This document shows, piece after piece, positions 13,936-26,432 of a stretch of DNA of 64,000 bases. Both the position numbers and the translations under genes were made by a program. The stretch lies in NCBI GenBank assembly GCA_964106915.2, contig OZ066920.1; one strand, given 5' to 3'. This DNA is from Podarcis gaigeae. Taxonomy: Eukaryota. The notes beneath the pieces were generated by a model, which worked only from the letters and a program-made list of their open reading frames with translations, made no database searches and had not been told where the DNA came from. Positions within the stretch are counted from its first letter, which is position 1. Every line of letters starts with the position of its first letter.

Positions 13936-16900
13936 GCTCCTTCCCCCGAGCTATGGGTTATTCAATAGCTCTTTAGACATAGCCTAAAAAATATAGCACT
14001 TGAAATGGCTAGTAATGTCTTTATGATACGGGTGGGGGTGTACATTCCTATTCTGGACCTCTAGTTGTTATATATATAGAGAGAGGAAGATTGGAGTCAA
14101 AGAGAGGTAATCTGTGTAAACAGATTTGGCAAGAATTTACCCAAATGAATTTTTTGCCCCGCTTAATGGGACATGCGATACTGTCCACCACAAGTAAAAT
14201 ACAGCACTACTATTTTGGGATCTTGCAGTTGCAATTTAACACTTTGAAATGGTGGATAAGTGATCTTGTGCAGCTGAATTGATGTATTGTATTCTGTATT
14301 CTTGAAATGAGCCTCATAAATGAGTTTAGGGAAGTTACTAGCTCACACATTTTAAATTTTTAATTTTACTAGTCCTGTTGAGGGCTGGTCGAGGAGGAAA
14401 TCTGCTACATTTCTAGTACAGGGGTGTCTGTGTCTTCCATCCTATGCTTGGTTTCTGTGCTGGATGCAAGGGAGGGATAGAGCAGTCCATCTCTCCTCTG
14501 CCAGCCTGCTCACTTGCCTGTATATAATTCCTTGACCTCTATGTCTATGACTACCAGGTGAGTGGTTAAATACAAAGCTGCTTTAGACCTATATGCAGTA
14601 TGTAGAGGATTCAAAATTACAATGAAACAATAGGTGATGAATTATAGTTGAAATGATACTTGGAGAAAGTGATACAAATGAATAGGGGGAATAATGCCTT
14701 GAAAAAACTCTGACCTAACTATTACCCCATGGAGAATGGGAAACTGGTCTGAAATTTGTAATATATCCCTGTATAATGTTCCTAGATTATCACCTTCATA
14801 ATGTAAGAAAGAACTATGTTAAAAGTTAATGAAGGAACTCCAGTGGAACTCTATTAGAATATTTTTCCCGCCATTAAATGACTGGTACAGACTTTTAATG
14901 GATGTTTTAACAAGGCTCTGTTATCCAAAGGACTATTGCTCAAATTGAAATCGGGCATATAATCAGTGAAGAGAAGCATTTTGGGTGGGAGAATATCAAT
15001 GAAGTGCAAGTTGGTGGGGGGTGTAGCAGTGGGAAAAGGAAAGAAGCAAGGGTTAGCCTGTATTTGTAATGACAAACGCCACAAGAATGGAGATGTGTAA
15101 ACATTTCGCACAAAAATTATGGACAAGCTATCTTGAGAATGATAAACACATTACTCACACATCTTTAGATAGCACTTCAGCTTTCAAAATGAACATGGCA
15201 AGGGAGACTTTGTAATCTCCTCTCCCCACTGTTTTGCTACTCTGGGAAATATTTGTCTTGACTTTTCATCAGACATGCAATTCTGGTGTTGCAGGTCAGA
15301 ATACAGGGAACTGCATCACTATTCTTGCATGACCACTGGGGCTATTGAGTGTGAGGAAACGGAGGTCAACAGACTCACTGACCATGCACAAACCTAAACT
15401 AGTTCCCTGAATATGGTTATAATCTTTCACTGTCTCATCACCCTCCAGCTGCCCTATTCTTTGCAGCAAAATTCATAAGTCCTCACCAGTACCTCTGTGC
15501 TTTTCATTTCATTTCTATTAGAGTCTTTTTATATAGCCCAGTTTGTTTTCTTTTCCTATTGATTATTTTAATGTCTTACTTGCTTTCCCACCTTTCCCCC
15601 CTTTCCTCATCACTGAAATAAGTATAAGTAAGTATAAGTAAATAATGCTTCTGCTAAAACAATATTTTCTTCTCTCATCAAAATGATACCTTTCTCTTTC
15701 CTTCATTATATCCTGCATCTTCCAACCTCATCCTGGCACAGCTACAGATTTCAAAAGCCTCTTGACAGGCTGTCCTTCTTGGGTCCCCCAAAGTGCTGAA
15801 TTGCTCCATATCACAGTGCCAGCATTGGCTAAATTCATGAGCAAGCAGATCTGGCAGCCATGGTAGCCTTTAATGGGCCAACCATGTGGATAAGCAAGGG
15901 GGAGGGCAGTATTGAGGTGGGCACTTGCAGTAGTGCAGCTATTGCAGGGCATAAGTAATAATATTATCTGGGGACGGGCAACGAATCAGCCCCACTATGA
16001 AAGGTGTTGATACATGGTCTCACATTGCTTCAGGCTTATAGTCATAGGCCATATATTTCCCATCAATGGCCCATACTTACCCACCATTCATTTTCCATCT
16101 TGCTAGGTGTCGGTTACTTGCTGGTTACGAATGGCATCATATTGGTTATGAATGGCATCATATTGGCCTTAACCCTGCGATAGGCTGATATTTAGCCATA
16201 TAAAATAACCATATATTTGAAAACTTTGGTCGGTTAACACTTGTGATACCTAAGAAACATTTCTGGTTCTATCTAGATATTCTGGGGTGTTTTTCTTTTA
16301 TGCTGAGTTATAAATTAGCGACCACAGAAATAAGAAAGCCAAAGCCCTTCGCTCTTGATACTAGTAAAAGCTTCATACCAGGCATAAACTGTTGTTTCTT
16401 TTGGAATGAGGGAAGGCCAGCTCTTCTCTGAAAGCACTGAGCTGGTTTAATTGAAAGAACAATTTGATTTGCTGCTATAGATGCTGCTCCAGTAAAACAG
16501 CTTGGAATGCTAACAAATTTTTTACTTTCCTCTCCCAAGCCAAGGATTTAGTACTGGCAGGTGAACTTGTGAAGGCTGCTCTCAAATATACAGAGACAAT
16601 AACTGTCTTGGAGGTGGAACTTTGTCAATATTTTTTGCCTTGAGCCAAAAAAACATTCAGAATAATGGTGTGCTAAAGTCCTGCTCAAAAATGTAGCAGC
16701 TAGACAAAGGGGAATTTATTCCAACTTTAGGACTGTGTGCTTTCTCAGTCATCTGTATGTTGTAGCATCAACTATCAAGACATTTGAGGATGCCTGAAGG
16801 CATGTTTCTAGTTTCCTTTAAGTGTACATAATGCCAACTATGTTTTTGTTCTAAACAGAAACATTGCCAAGTGTTAGATTCAAACTTTAACTTATTACAC

Positions 16901-17851
16901 CCTGAAAGCTATTTGAAGATACCTCTGTATTTTAAATATTAGCCCAACAAAACCATTTATCATTACTTAACTGGGAAATAAAATATTTATAGGAGCTTGC
17001 CATTTAAATACTTCTATGTTCTTATAGCCTCTAGTGAAGACAAAGTGTGATAACAAAATACTGGGATAAATTGGCAATACATGATAATTTTATCATTATA
17101 GCAATGAATAAAAATGTGAAGGCATCATGCACAGCTATAGAACATCGATATCTCCAACCCAGAAATATAGACAAAGGAAATAAATAAAACTATTTACTGT
17201 ACACATGAAAAACAGTCTTCACTTTCCCTAATTAGGATTATAAATAGAGCAGAGTGGAATGAAGGTGTTAATGCCTCTCAAAAAGTAGACCCATTTTTTT
17301 TTGAAGTGTGTGTGTGGATGCATTCCTGTTGTTTCAGCGACTGGACCAAATATTCCCTGTTTTGCTGGGAAGTCACAATGAAACTGCTGCAGCATGGCGA
17401 AATAGAAAGCATTGTTCTAGATGCATAGGAGCGCAGATTCTGCATATCCTCATGATATTGCAGTTAGTGGAATGTGTGCTTGAATATACATTCCAGTGCA
17501 CATTCTGACCCAAATGTTGTGGGACTTCAGAGTGAGACCAGGTCAGCATATTTAACCATGTGATCCGTGGTGGTGGTGTGCAAGTCCTATTTCTGTCTTA
17601 CCTAAAACCATTTGGACTCTGACGGTTTTTGTTGAATGTTGGTAAAATGTCCTGGTTTAACAGGAATGCTTGAAAAGCCCAAGTGAGTGAAGCACCCTAA
17701 TTTTTCTGCAAGTTTCCCCTGACTTGCAAAATAGGCCTTATGATGGGGAAGGGTGATGGCTTAAGGCACTTGGGACAGCTCATTAGCACACAGGAAAGGT
17801 CTTGCAACTCTTCTCCATAGCTTGGAGCATACGTTCCTGCTGGGGATCATG

Positions 17852-18008
17852 GGGCTGGTAGTTAGTAGAGCATGAGACTCCTAATCTCAGAATCATGGAT
17901 TCAAGCCCCACGCAGAACAAAAAGATTCCTGCATTGCAGGGGGTTTGGCCTTGATTGCCATTGTGGTCCCTTCCAACTCTATAGTTCTATGATTCTATAA
18001 TTCTATGA
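17852..18008 (+). mobile_element. tRNA(Lys)-derived SINE with CR1 tail (POM-SINE-like)
   Basis: tagagcatgagactcctaatctcag..ttcaagcccca head; gtcccttccaactcta..(ttctatga)n tail shared with CR1 at 1697. Confidence 0.75.
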
Positions 18009-18046
18009 CCAACGATCAGACTGGGTAGTAGGAGGGATGTAGTTCA

Positions 18047-18185
18047 CAGTGGCGTAGCATGGGGGGTGCAGGGGGGGCCGGCCGCACCTGGTGCAACATC
18101 TGGGGTTGGGGGCGCAAATCCACGGAGTAGGGTGCAAAAATTACTTGCCTTGCCCCGGGTGCTGACAACCCACGCTACGCCACTG
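18047..18185. mobile_element. hAT-type MITE
   Basis: 12-bp TIR CAGTGGCGTAGC / GCTACGCCACTG; perfect 8-bp TSD GTAGTTCA (18039-18046, 18186-18193). Confidence 0.93.
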
Positions 18186-21100
18186 GTAGTTCAAGGTCCA
18201 TTATAAGTCAAATCCAGCTCTGATTATTCTGGGCTTAACTGCACTGCAATTTGTTTTTTTAGCTCCTGTTTAAAGTCTTGCTCTATCTCTTAATTCCCAT
18301 TAGCTAGGATCACATAGTGAAGGAGAAAGTAGAAACACTCTTATTAAGAACGATGCAGAAAGAGCAGCAGATGAAAGGAAGAATGTTTGTGAAAATTCCT
18401 AGAGATTGTAAACTGTAAGAAGCTTCAAAGTGGCATTGACATATTGTACACCTCCAGAGCAGCAAATCCTTATGTCACCAAATAACTGCATTAGAAGTTT
18501 TTGACTGTGCAGTGTCACAAACACAATGCTAAGTTGCAGTTGAGGAATATGCAAACAGTATTAGTAGCAGAAAACAGCTAGGACTGGTTTTTACGTAGAC
18601 ATGTGCTACTGTAATTACACAATGAGGTACAGTACCTGAAATGCTGATATTTGCCAGTGTCATAGTTGTGGCATATGATAAGAGATAAAAAGTGTCTGCA
18701 CATAAGAGATAAAAAGTATCTAATTTATAGCAGGAAGTCCATTAATTTAGATATCATGCCAAATTATAGCACAAACCATTGCTTTCAAAACCACTTCAAA
18801 CTGATTCTGATTTTCTGGCTGATTGCAAGCAATGGTTTGTTATGTCATGTATTGCGAAAACCTTAGTTGAGCTTTCTTTCTCAAGTCCCTGTGACCACAG
18901 CCATGGTTTGGCTTAGTATGTTGTCCAAACCCATACACATTATAAACCGTTAATCAAAGTTTATTCTTAGTTTACAGCTTGTGGTTTGTCTGAAGGAGAC
19001 AAACCATAAACCCAGAGTCAATTACAAACCAAGCCAAGCATAGTTTAGCTTACTACAGCACAGCGGCACCAGGACCAGAGGAGAAGCAAAGCATCTGAAA
19101 TGTCCTCTATGGGACTCTATGTACTCATGCATTCACACTAAGCATTATTTGTGATACATCACAGCATTGTAGTTCTCTTTAAACCTGTTGCACAGCACAG
19201 TATTTCATTCATTCATTCATTCACTCACTCATTCAAAGCATTTTTATCTGAATCCCCCCCCCCCCCATTGTGGCTTAGAAATTAATAGGAATAACACAGC
19301 CCCTGTCCTCAGGCTCACAGTTAAAAAAAAGGCATGGCAGAAAAGGAAAATGGGAGTGGGAGGGAAAGCAGGCTCTGCCTCCAAATTCTTAATGTTTCAA
19401 GTTTCTTACAATGACCAGCTTCAATGGTAACTAACTGCTGTTCTCATGCCCCTGAGAAATAGCCTGGTGATCCAGCCTTCTGGATCACCTGAAAGTTGTT
19501 TACAAGGTGGGGCCTTTGGGCACCTAGCTAAAATCTGCTGACTTCTTGCCACTCCTGTCACAAAGTCCCCTGCCCTGCCAGGAGATGGCCTTACCTTACA
19601 TGGCAGCTGGAACTGATGATCTCTGTAAGGGGATGGAGGGATCTAGCCCAGCTAGTAAGAATAGCATTGAGTACATGAAAAATCTTATCCTGGGGATTTG
19701 ATTGGGAGTGCTTTCCACTGTGTATTAATCTGTAGGACTGGCATGAAAGAAACCGTTATTAAGAAGCAGTGCATCCATACATAATGCTAAACCATAGTTT
19801 GTTAATCATGATCAGACAGTTTTCTCATTATTCTTCATGCATGGAAATTAAAGATTTTATTCCTGCTTTAGCTGCAAACCAAACATTTGCCATTATGGTT
19901 TGCAAATTCACTACAAACCTTGGTTACTGATTCAGATTTGCTACTGACTAGCAAGTCATAGTTGTCAGTTCTGATCTCACGAGAAACCATAATTAAGATT
20001 CCTTAACCATAGTTTGATATGATAGGTAAACTGTGTCAGCCTCTTTATTTCAGAACATTACAGCTTCTTTGAATTTAATGGGTAGCCTTAATTTCAGAAT
20101 GCTGCTTCTCTGTCTTCACAGATCATAAAGTATAGTTTCTTCCAGATTATTTTTTTGTCAGATAAATTTAGCGGGTTTAGATAGAAAAATACTTTACTGT
20201 TGTTTTTGGCTGCCTGTTGCTGGGCCCTGTTTTGGATTGATGTTGATAGTTCTCCTTTCTGACCACTTGTTGTTGCTATTATTGTTTATAATAATAAACA
20301 GCTGCTATATAGCCAGAAACTTTGAGAAACACAGTGGTGTTTGTATTATCTGGAGGGATGCAAAACTTTTGATGGGTTGGAAAGGAAGTTAAGTCTCAAA
20401 ATATCCTGAATTGGGTTTTGAACTCAAACAGTAAAACATAGCATCCATCCATTGATGGAGAGAGATATTGGGGAAGGAAAAAGCTTTGTCATCGAGTCTG
20501 TGTAACAGCAGAGAAGAGTCTGCGTTTGAATCATGCTTCATTCTTTCACCAAGTTCCTGTTAAACATAACCAAACAGATATAATTTTTATGACCGTGGAG
20601 ACTAGAACCAATTCCTTTAACTTAACAGAACAGGGATTTGCTAATATTTCTCCGGTTGTACCTCACAGTCCTTACAAACACAACGCACACAAGTAAGATC
20701 ATTGTGCTTTAAATTCTGCAAATTGGTAAAGCCTTCACGGAAAGTAACAAGGAGAGTGCTTTGAAAACCTACAAGAAAGTACTTGATCAAAAATATAAAA
20801 CACAAAATCATGAATCAGTGGCAGTGAATTTCAGTTGAAGAACTGAAACCTAATTCATTGAACTGTGACTGAAAACAAACCATGTTAAATGTTTATTAAC
20901 TTGTATTTCTGTTATCAGTGGATTTATGTGTAAAGGATAGGGTAGAGGGGAAGCTAGGGAAATCTTATCCCTCTGAATTATTTGCTTCTAGCCCTTAAAT
21001 GGTGATGTAAGGGGAGTGTATTTTCCTCTTCCTTTTATGCTTTCCCCTCTGCTTTGAATTAGTGTAGCTAAATATATTATGCCATACTATTTACCTCAGT

Positions 21101-22289
21101 CTGCAGTTTCACTACCTCTGTATGGCTTCCCACTCTTAGAATTTTGCAAATAAATCACTGATCAATGTAGAGAGGCATCACGGCAAGTGTGAAGGCAGAA
21201 TATTTTTTATGATGCCATAAACTGGATTTATTATTATTTTCTGCATGCAACTTTGTACATTTAAAGTTCATCTACATAGTACGGTATTGTATATGGGTTT
21301 CATTTAATTGACGCTAATTAACTACGGGGCTGGGTTTATTTAATATTTTTTTGTTTTGTAAAATAGTTACAAATCAGTATAAGCTATGCTACACTGGTCT
21401 CCACGATTTCTGAGAAACTATTTTTGTCCAGTATAAAATAATATATTATTTACATATTTGTAGAATAAGGATGCACTGTTAGTCTTTTGTTAATTTCCAG
21501 GTAATTAAACATTATTGTCTATTTATGAAAGAATTGATGTGATCTGTTTATAGTATCAAGACTGCATGATACCAAACTATAGTTGCATCCCTAATTAATG
21601 TACATAATTGTCATGCTTTTAAGGTGAAAATTAAAAAATGCTGTCAAATTAATCATCTACTAGGAGTTCATTAATTAGCTAACCTCATATAAATGGGCTG
21701 CTTTTCGATGACAACTAGGAGTGAAAACCTAACTAACTGAAGTCAGTAGGAGCATTTACATTGAATACAGTGCGATTGATTCCACAAAATAATTTTATCT
21801 ATTCTAGAGACTGTATTAGGAAACAGGAGAAATCCTTTTATAGGTTTAGTGCTTAACAGAGGTTTTTCCAGACAGAGGTCTATCAATATGACCACCTTTA
21901 AAATAATAAAACATATTTATTGTTGAACCAAAATACACTGGGTTGTATTCAATCCTGTACAAGCAGAGTTCTGCTTCCCCTTCCTTCATGCCGCCCCAGA
22001 TGCTTGCCCCACCTTTGGAGCAGATTTTGAGATTTTGAGGAAGATTCCAAGTAAGATGAGGAGGTAGGGAATTCCATTGTGCAAGATGGACCTCCGTTGT
22101 GTGAGGAGAACAGAATTGTTGGACACAACCCATTTTTAGCTCTCCGTCTGCCAAGGTGAAATGTATAATATTGCCATTGTTTCATGATAATGTGCAGCAT
22201 ATTACGAAATATTTTGCCTCATAACCCATTAGCAAAATGTAGTCCTTTTAAAACTACAGAATATATAAAGAAACAGAATTTATATGGCA

Positions 22290-22480
22290 CTTGCTTAGTG
22301 TTCTAAAATGATTCACATGCATTATCTCATTCATTTATAAAACTCTGTGAGGGAGCAGAGTGCTATTTCCATAATGCAGATAGGGAGCTGAGACTGAGAG
22401 AAAGTGATTTGCTTAAGGCCAACTGAGGTGAGAGATGAATGAGGAATTTCACATCTCACATTCTTTACCACTGCACTACA
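22290..22480 (-). mobile_element. MIR/CORE-like SINE, degraded
   Basis: cattatctcatt...ctctgtgagg...gcagatagggagctgagactgagagaa..tgatttgcttaaggcc core. Confidence 0.55.
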
Positions 22481-25110
22481 CCTGGCCTCAGAAAAGGTCA
22501 CATTGCTTTTTCAAGAATTATTGATAGCATGATACTCCTGAGCAGATTCATCTTGTTTCTGTAGGGAATTCTGAAATGTTGAAACATTGAGGTTTCAGTT
22601 CTGTACTCACCTGGGGGGAAGCCAAATTGAGCAGAGTGGTGCATACTTCTGAGTAGACACACATAGGACTGCACTGAAAGTGGTTTGTAGTTTTTAATCT
22701 TGCAATCTTAAAACAAAACAAAACAAACTGGTCCGCAGGAAGATAGCAAACATGAAGTGTTAAATCAGGTTTACAGGGTTTTATTCAGTACAGGGCTGAT
22801 GCAAGAGGAATTCCCCTTCTTTTTCTCCCCACTGCAGTCTGCCGAGCCCACAAAAAAGCTTCTCCTGAGGGTCTGGGATGTGAGAGAGAGGATTGCAGTG
22901 GTACAGGGATTGCGAGAAAATAGGGCAGAGGCAATCTGCATGAGGCTCACACTCCCAGGCCTTTCCTGATTGTTTCCTACCTCTCTGATGTTACATCATG
23001 GGTAAGCATGTGTGCACAGTGGAGAGGAAGGGGCAGGCATGAATGCCCTAGTGCAAATGTGACCCTGGGTATAATGCATAATGCATTAGTTGAACTGGTG
23101 TTTTGTTTTGGTTTTTTTAAAAAATTAAATGCTGCTTATTCAGAAAACTCTTCGAGTGGCATAAACTAAACCAAAATATATGGAAATAAAAAATACAACA
23201 AAACAAGTCCAGCAGAATACACAGACATCAGTGGGCAACTGTAAATGATATCAGCATCCCCTGAAAAATTTGAGTATTTTGTGCCAGTGTTGAAAACACA
23301 AATTGATTGAAGTCTGTCCAACTCTTGAGAAGTCAGAAAGATTCACAGAGAGAGCACCTGTTAGATGAATCTGGAACATGTTGTACCATCAGAAGGGGCA
23401 GTAAGGAAAAGGTGATCTCTTAGGTATCATGATCCCAAGTTGTTTATGGCTTTTTATCCTAGTAACAAAACCTTAAATTGCCTGTTTTCAGGACCCTGGT
23501 CTATGATATTCCTTAGAGGTTGTGGTGGCATGAGCAAAATGTCCTTAGATGATCTAAGTTATCTTACAGGATTATACAGGGGAAAGAGATTGGTCTTTCA
23601 GGTAATGTGCACTTGCACTTCTTTCAACAAAAAGCTGTGCATTGCTTTCATTAATGTTAGAAGAGCGATACTTACATACATGGTCTATTTTATTTTATTT
23701 GAACCTGGAGTATTTTAAGGGTGGCTCATGGTGGCTTACAATTATGTAACTGTAGCTTTATTTATATAAGAGGAACATTTCCCTTACTAACTATTTATGA
23801 GACCAACATGCATTCTGAAATAGAAGCATTCAAAGGTAATTACATTTAAAAAAGCAATTCTGAAACTAACAACACAGTACCCCATATCATGAATTTATAC
23901 CAACTGAAAAGCTGGTAGGGAAAAAACTTTATTTTTCCTTCCTCCAACCTCTGTGTTTGTCCATGTGTATGGTATTTCATTATGGCAAGATTATTATTAA
24001 TTGTAGCCAATATATTCTTTTGTATTGTTAACCGTGTTTGCATTCATAATGCCTTGTACTAACTCATAAAGTACAACCAACACTGAATTTATATCTATCT
24101 GTTAAAGAAATTATACATTTTTGCTGTAATACTAGTGGCAACAATAACCGTACCCTATGCGGTACATTTATTATCTCCGCCCATCCAATTAAATCTCTTG
24201 AGTAGGTCTCTCTTTGTTAGTCATGATATTCAGATACCAACATTTCATTCTAATACAGCATAAAGGGAAAAATCAAGACTGCCTCCTCCCTCCCATGCTG
24301 CTTTGTCAAATCTTGATGTGCCATTTTTGTGGCATCGAGGAAAACAAAATGACCCTTCCCTAAATTCCTAATGCTACAAAGTTATAATTTTAAAAATAAG
24401 AATAATCAAGCTATAGGAGAATAGATGACAGAGTGAAGAAACTCAGATTTCTTACTACACTATTGATATTGGCCTAACGTTCTCTAATCTACTAAAATTA
24501 AGAATGGGGCAAAGTGTTTGGTCCTGAGGGCCACATCAGAAATATCCCGCAAGCCTGAGGGCCAAAGCTAATGCATATATTTTAGTTCTGCATTATTAAT
24601 GTAATTTGCATGTCATTATCAAGAACTTAGGGGATGCCACGCTACAGCTTGTGAACACATTGAGCTTATTCTACTACTGTCATTCTGAATTGCTTTCTTT
24701 CAAACTGGATAAATTTTCATTGTGATATATGAACTTGAGGCACGATTTCCTGGAAAATTTTGAACAAAGTCTCCTGAAATGCATACAGCTTTTATTTCAC
24801 TAGGAATTTTCAATGAAACATGCAATGAAGCAAATGGTAGTTTTAAAAATTAGGGCAGTTGGAAATCACAATGAAGGTAAGTTTTTTTTCTCCTAATTTG
24901 CCTTCTTGTTAGTGATCCTTTAGTATTTCTGCAGTTTCATTTCCCAAATGTGTTTTCATAATAATAGCTAGAGGTTTGCATTTATTTTTATTCTATTTTT
25001 TAAAATTTGATTCTGCGGATTGTAATAAGAGCCTGTAGACCACACAAAAGTTATTTGGGGACTCCATATTGATTACTTGCTATAAATTTCAGTTGCATTA
25101 CTATTATCCT

Positions 25111-25150
25111 TGAAGCCTTATTTACCTAGGGATCCATCAGCCTCGCCATC
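25111..25150 (-). repeat. 3' LTR remnant (last 40 bp of U5)
   Basis: 40/40 identical to 29602-29641, then abrupt switch to env sequence. Confidence 0.93.
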
Positions 25151-25587
25151 AATATATCATCAATGGGAATTCCATGTAGCATCAAACCTGGCCGTTTGGC
25201 ATAAGGTGGTATGTGCATACACAGCCAACAATTGGAGAGATTTAACATTGTGGTGAACTTAAACATATCTTGGATATAAATATTATTCTTCCACATCTTA
25301 TGATAATTTTCTCCTCGTGATGTTTTATTCAATAACCTAGTCCCCATCTGTCCATGTTCACCAGGTGCAGTACCTTCTTTGTCTCCTACAAATATGAGAA
25401 CAAGGAATACTAGGAGGATCATCAAGGGGATAGAAGGATCGGGCTGTTGTCTCCCGCAGAGCCTATGACGCTCATGCCAGCAGAAAAAGAGACACATCCA
25501 TGTGACAAGGGCAGTTGAAATAACCCCTATCCACCATCCCCAATCACTCCATGGTTCCTCCCACCAATATTCAGGGAGTGTGCTCAT
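25126..25587 (-). pseudogene. env: ERV env 5' fragment (153 aa), truncated by fusion to LTR U5
   Basis: Hydrophobic signal-like MILLVFLVLIFVG, then WKNNIYIQ...LNLSNCWLC (gamma-type SU CXXC motif); last residues MARLMDP* come from the LTR. Confidence 0.85.
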
Positions 25588-25850
25588 TGTTGAAGAGCCC
25601 ACTGATTTCCGTGCTCGATTACCTGTTGAGCCTCAAGGGTGAGAGCCCACCGGTGAGCTGATGCTCCCACTATGTGGGTCAACTTTCCCACTAACCCTGT
25701 TGGGTGGATTGAACTCTCGTGCTGCCTCCCTACTGACCAGGGCATATGGAGGCTGAAATCCTGGGGTGGCAATTCTTATTTTGGGAGGCTCGAGCCACCA
25801 CGATTGTCAGAGGTGGTGCTGCAGAATTTACTGGCACTTGTTCAGCAATT

Positions 25851-26273
25851 TCAATGCACACCTGGTTCAGGCTCCCTCCCCTGCAACACTTGCATTAAGA
25901 TAGGTTCCGTCCCATCTAACACCTGGATTAAGATTAGAACCTGGTCCATCAGATGAGGTTGGTACAGTGCTCTACCCTCCGAATGACAGTTGGTTACTCC
26001 CCCCCAACAGCAAGAGCAGTCCAGAACTCGATAGAATTCGACCGTCTCTGCAACTTCCCGTAGGAGCACTACCCACGCGTGCTGGATAGTGTTGTGGAAG
26101 AGGAGCCACAACGGGGTAGTGGGATGTTTTAATATGGTAACCTCATCAAACCCCTGTTTCCAATAGCCAATGAGCACGCCATCTCTTACCACCGGTAAGA
26201 TGAACCAGTCATAGCAGAGGCCAGCAGGCCAGTAAGGGCGGTATGGCTCGGTGGGGTCAGGGCTGTGGGGCAT
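25851..26273 (-). CDS. ORF-X: putative ERV accessory protein (140 aa from ATG 26273; frame open from 26432)
   Basis: Uninterrupted frame between IN and env, MPHSPDPTEPYRPYWPAGLCYDWF...LDCSCCWGGVTNCH...; no homologue recognised. Confidence 0.5.
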   Translation of the reverse strand: MPHSPDPTEPYRPYWPAGLCYDWFILPVVRDGVLIGYWKQGFDEVTILKHPTTPLWLLFHNTIQHAWVVLLREVAETVEFYRVLDCSCCWGGVTNCHSEGRALYQPHLMDQVLILIQVLDGTEPILMQVLQGREPEPGVH

Positions 26274-26432
26274 AGAGCAAATCAATACAGAATATAACAG
26301 AAAAAAAGAAAAGAGAAAAGAGAAAGTCCTTATGAAAGTCCTTGTGATGATCAGCTGCAGGATCTCGGTGCCCGTGGTCCAACGCGTTTTTCCGGTAGCG
26401 TTCAGACACAAGGTGATGATCAGCCGAAGGGG

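Noticed and set aside
16122-16166. 21-bp tandem duplication (also 24-bp at ~6227-6270)
   Set aside because: Ordinary local slippage; no further structure
17852-17925. tRNA-Lys gene
   Set aside because: Degenerate and fused to a CR1 tail: SINE head
18770-20030. Recurring AAACCAT(A/G)GTTT sub-repeats (also 49420-49700)
   Set aside because: Probably decayed DNA-transposon remnants; boundaries cannot be supported
25126-25587. Syncytin-like co-opted fusogen
   Set aside because: No furin site, fusion peptide, ISD or TM subunit; deleted
25584-25772. 62-aa minus ORF just upstream of env as a further accessory gene
   Set aside because: Short, TTG start, interrupted upstream; may be a decayed continuation of ORF-X but unsupported alone
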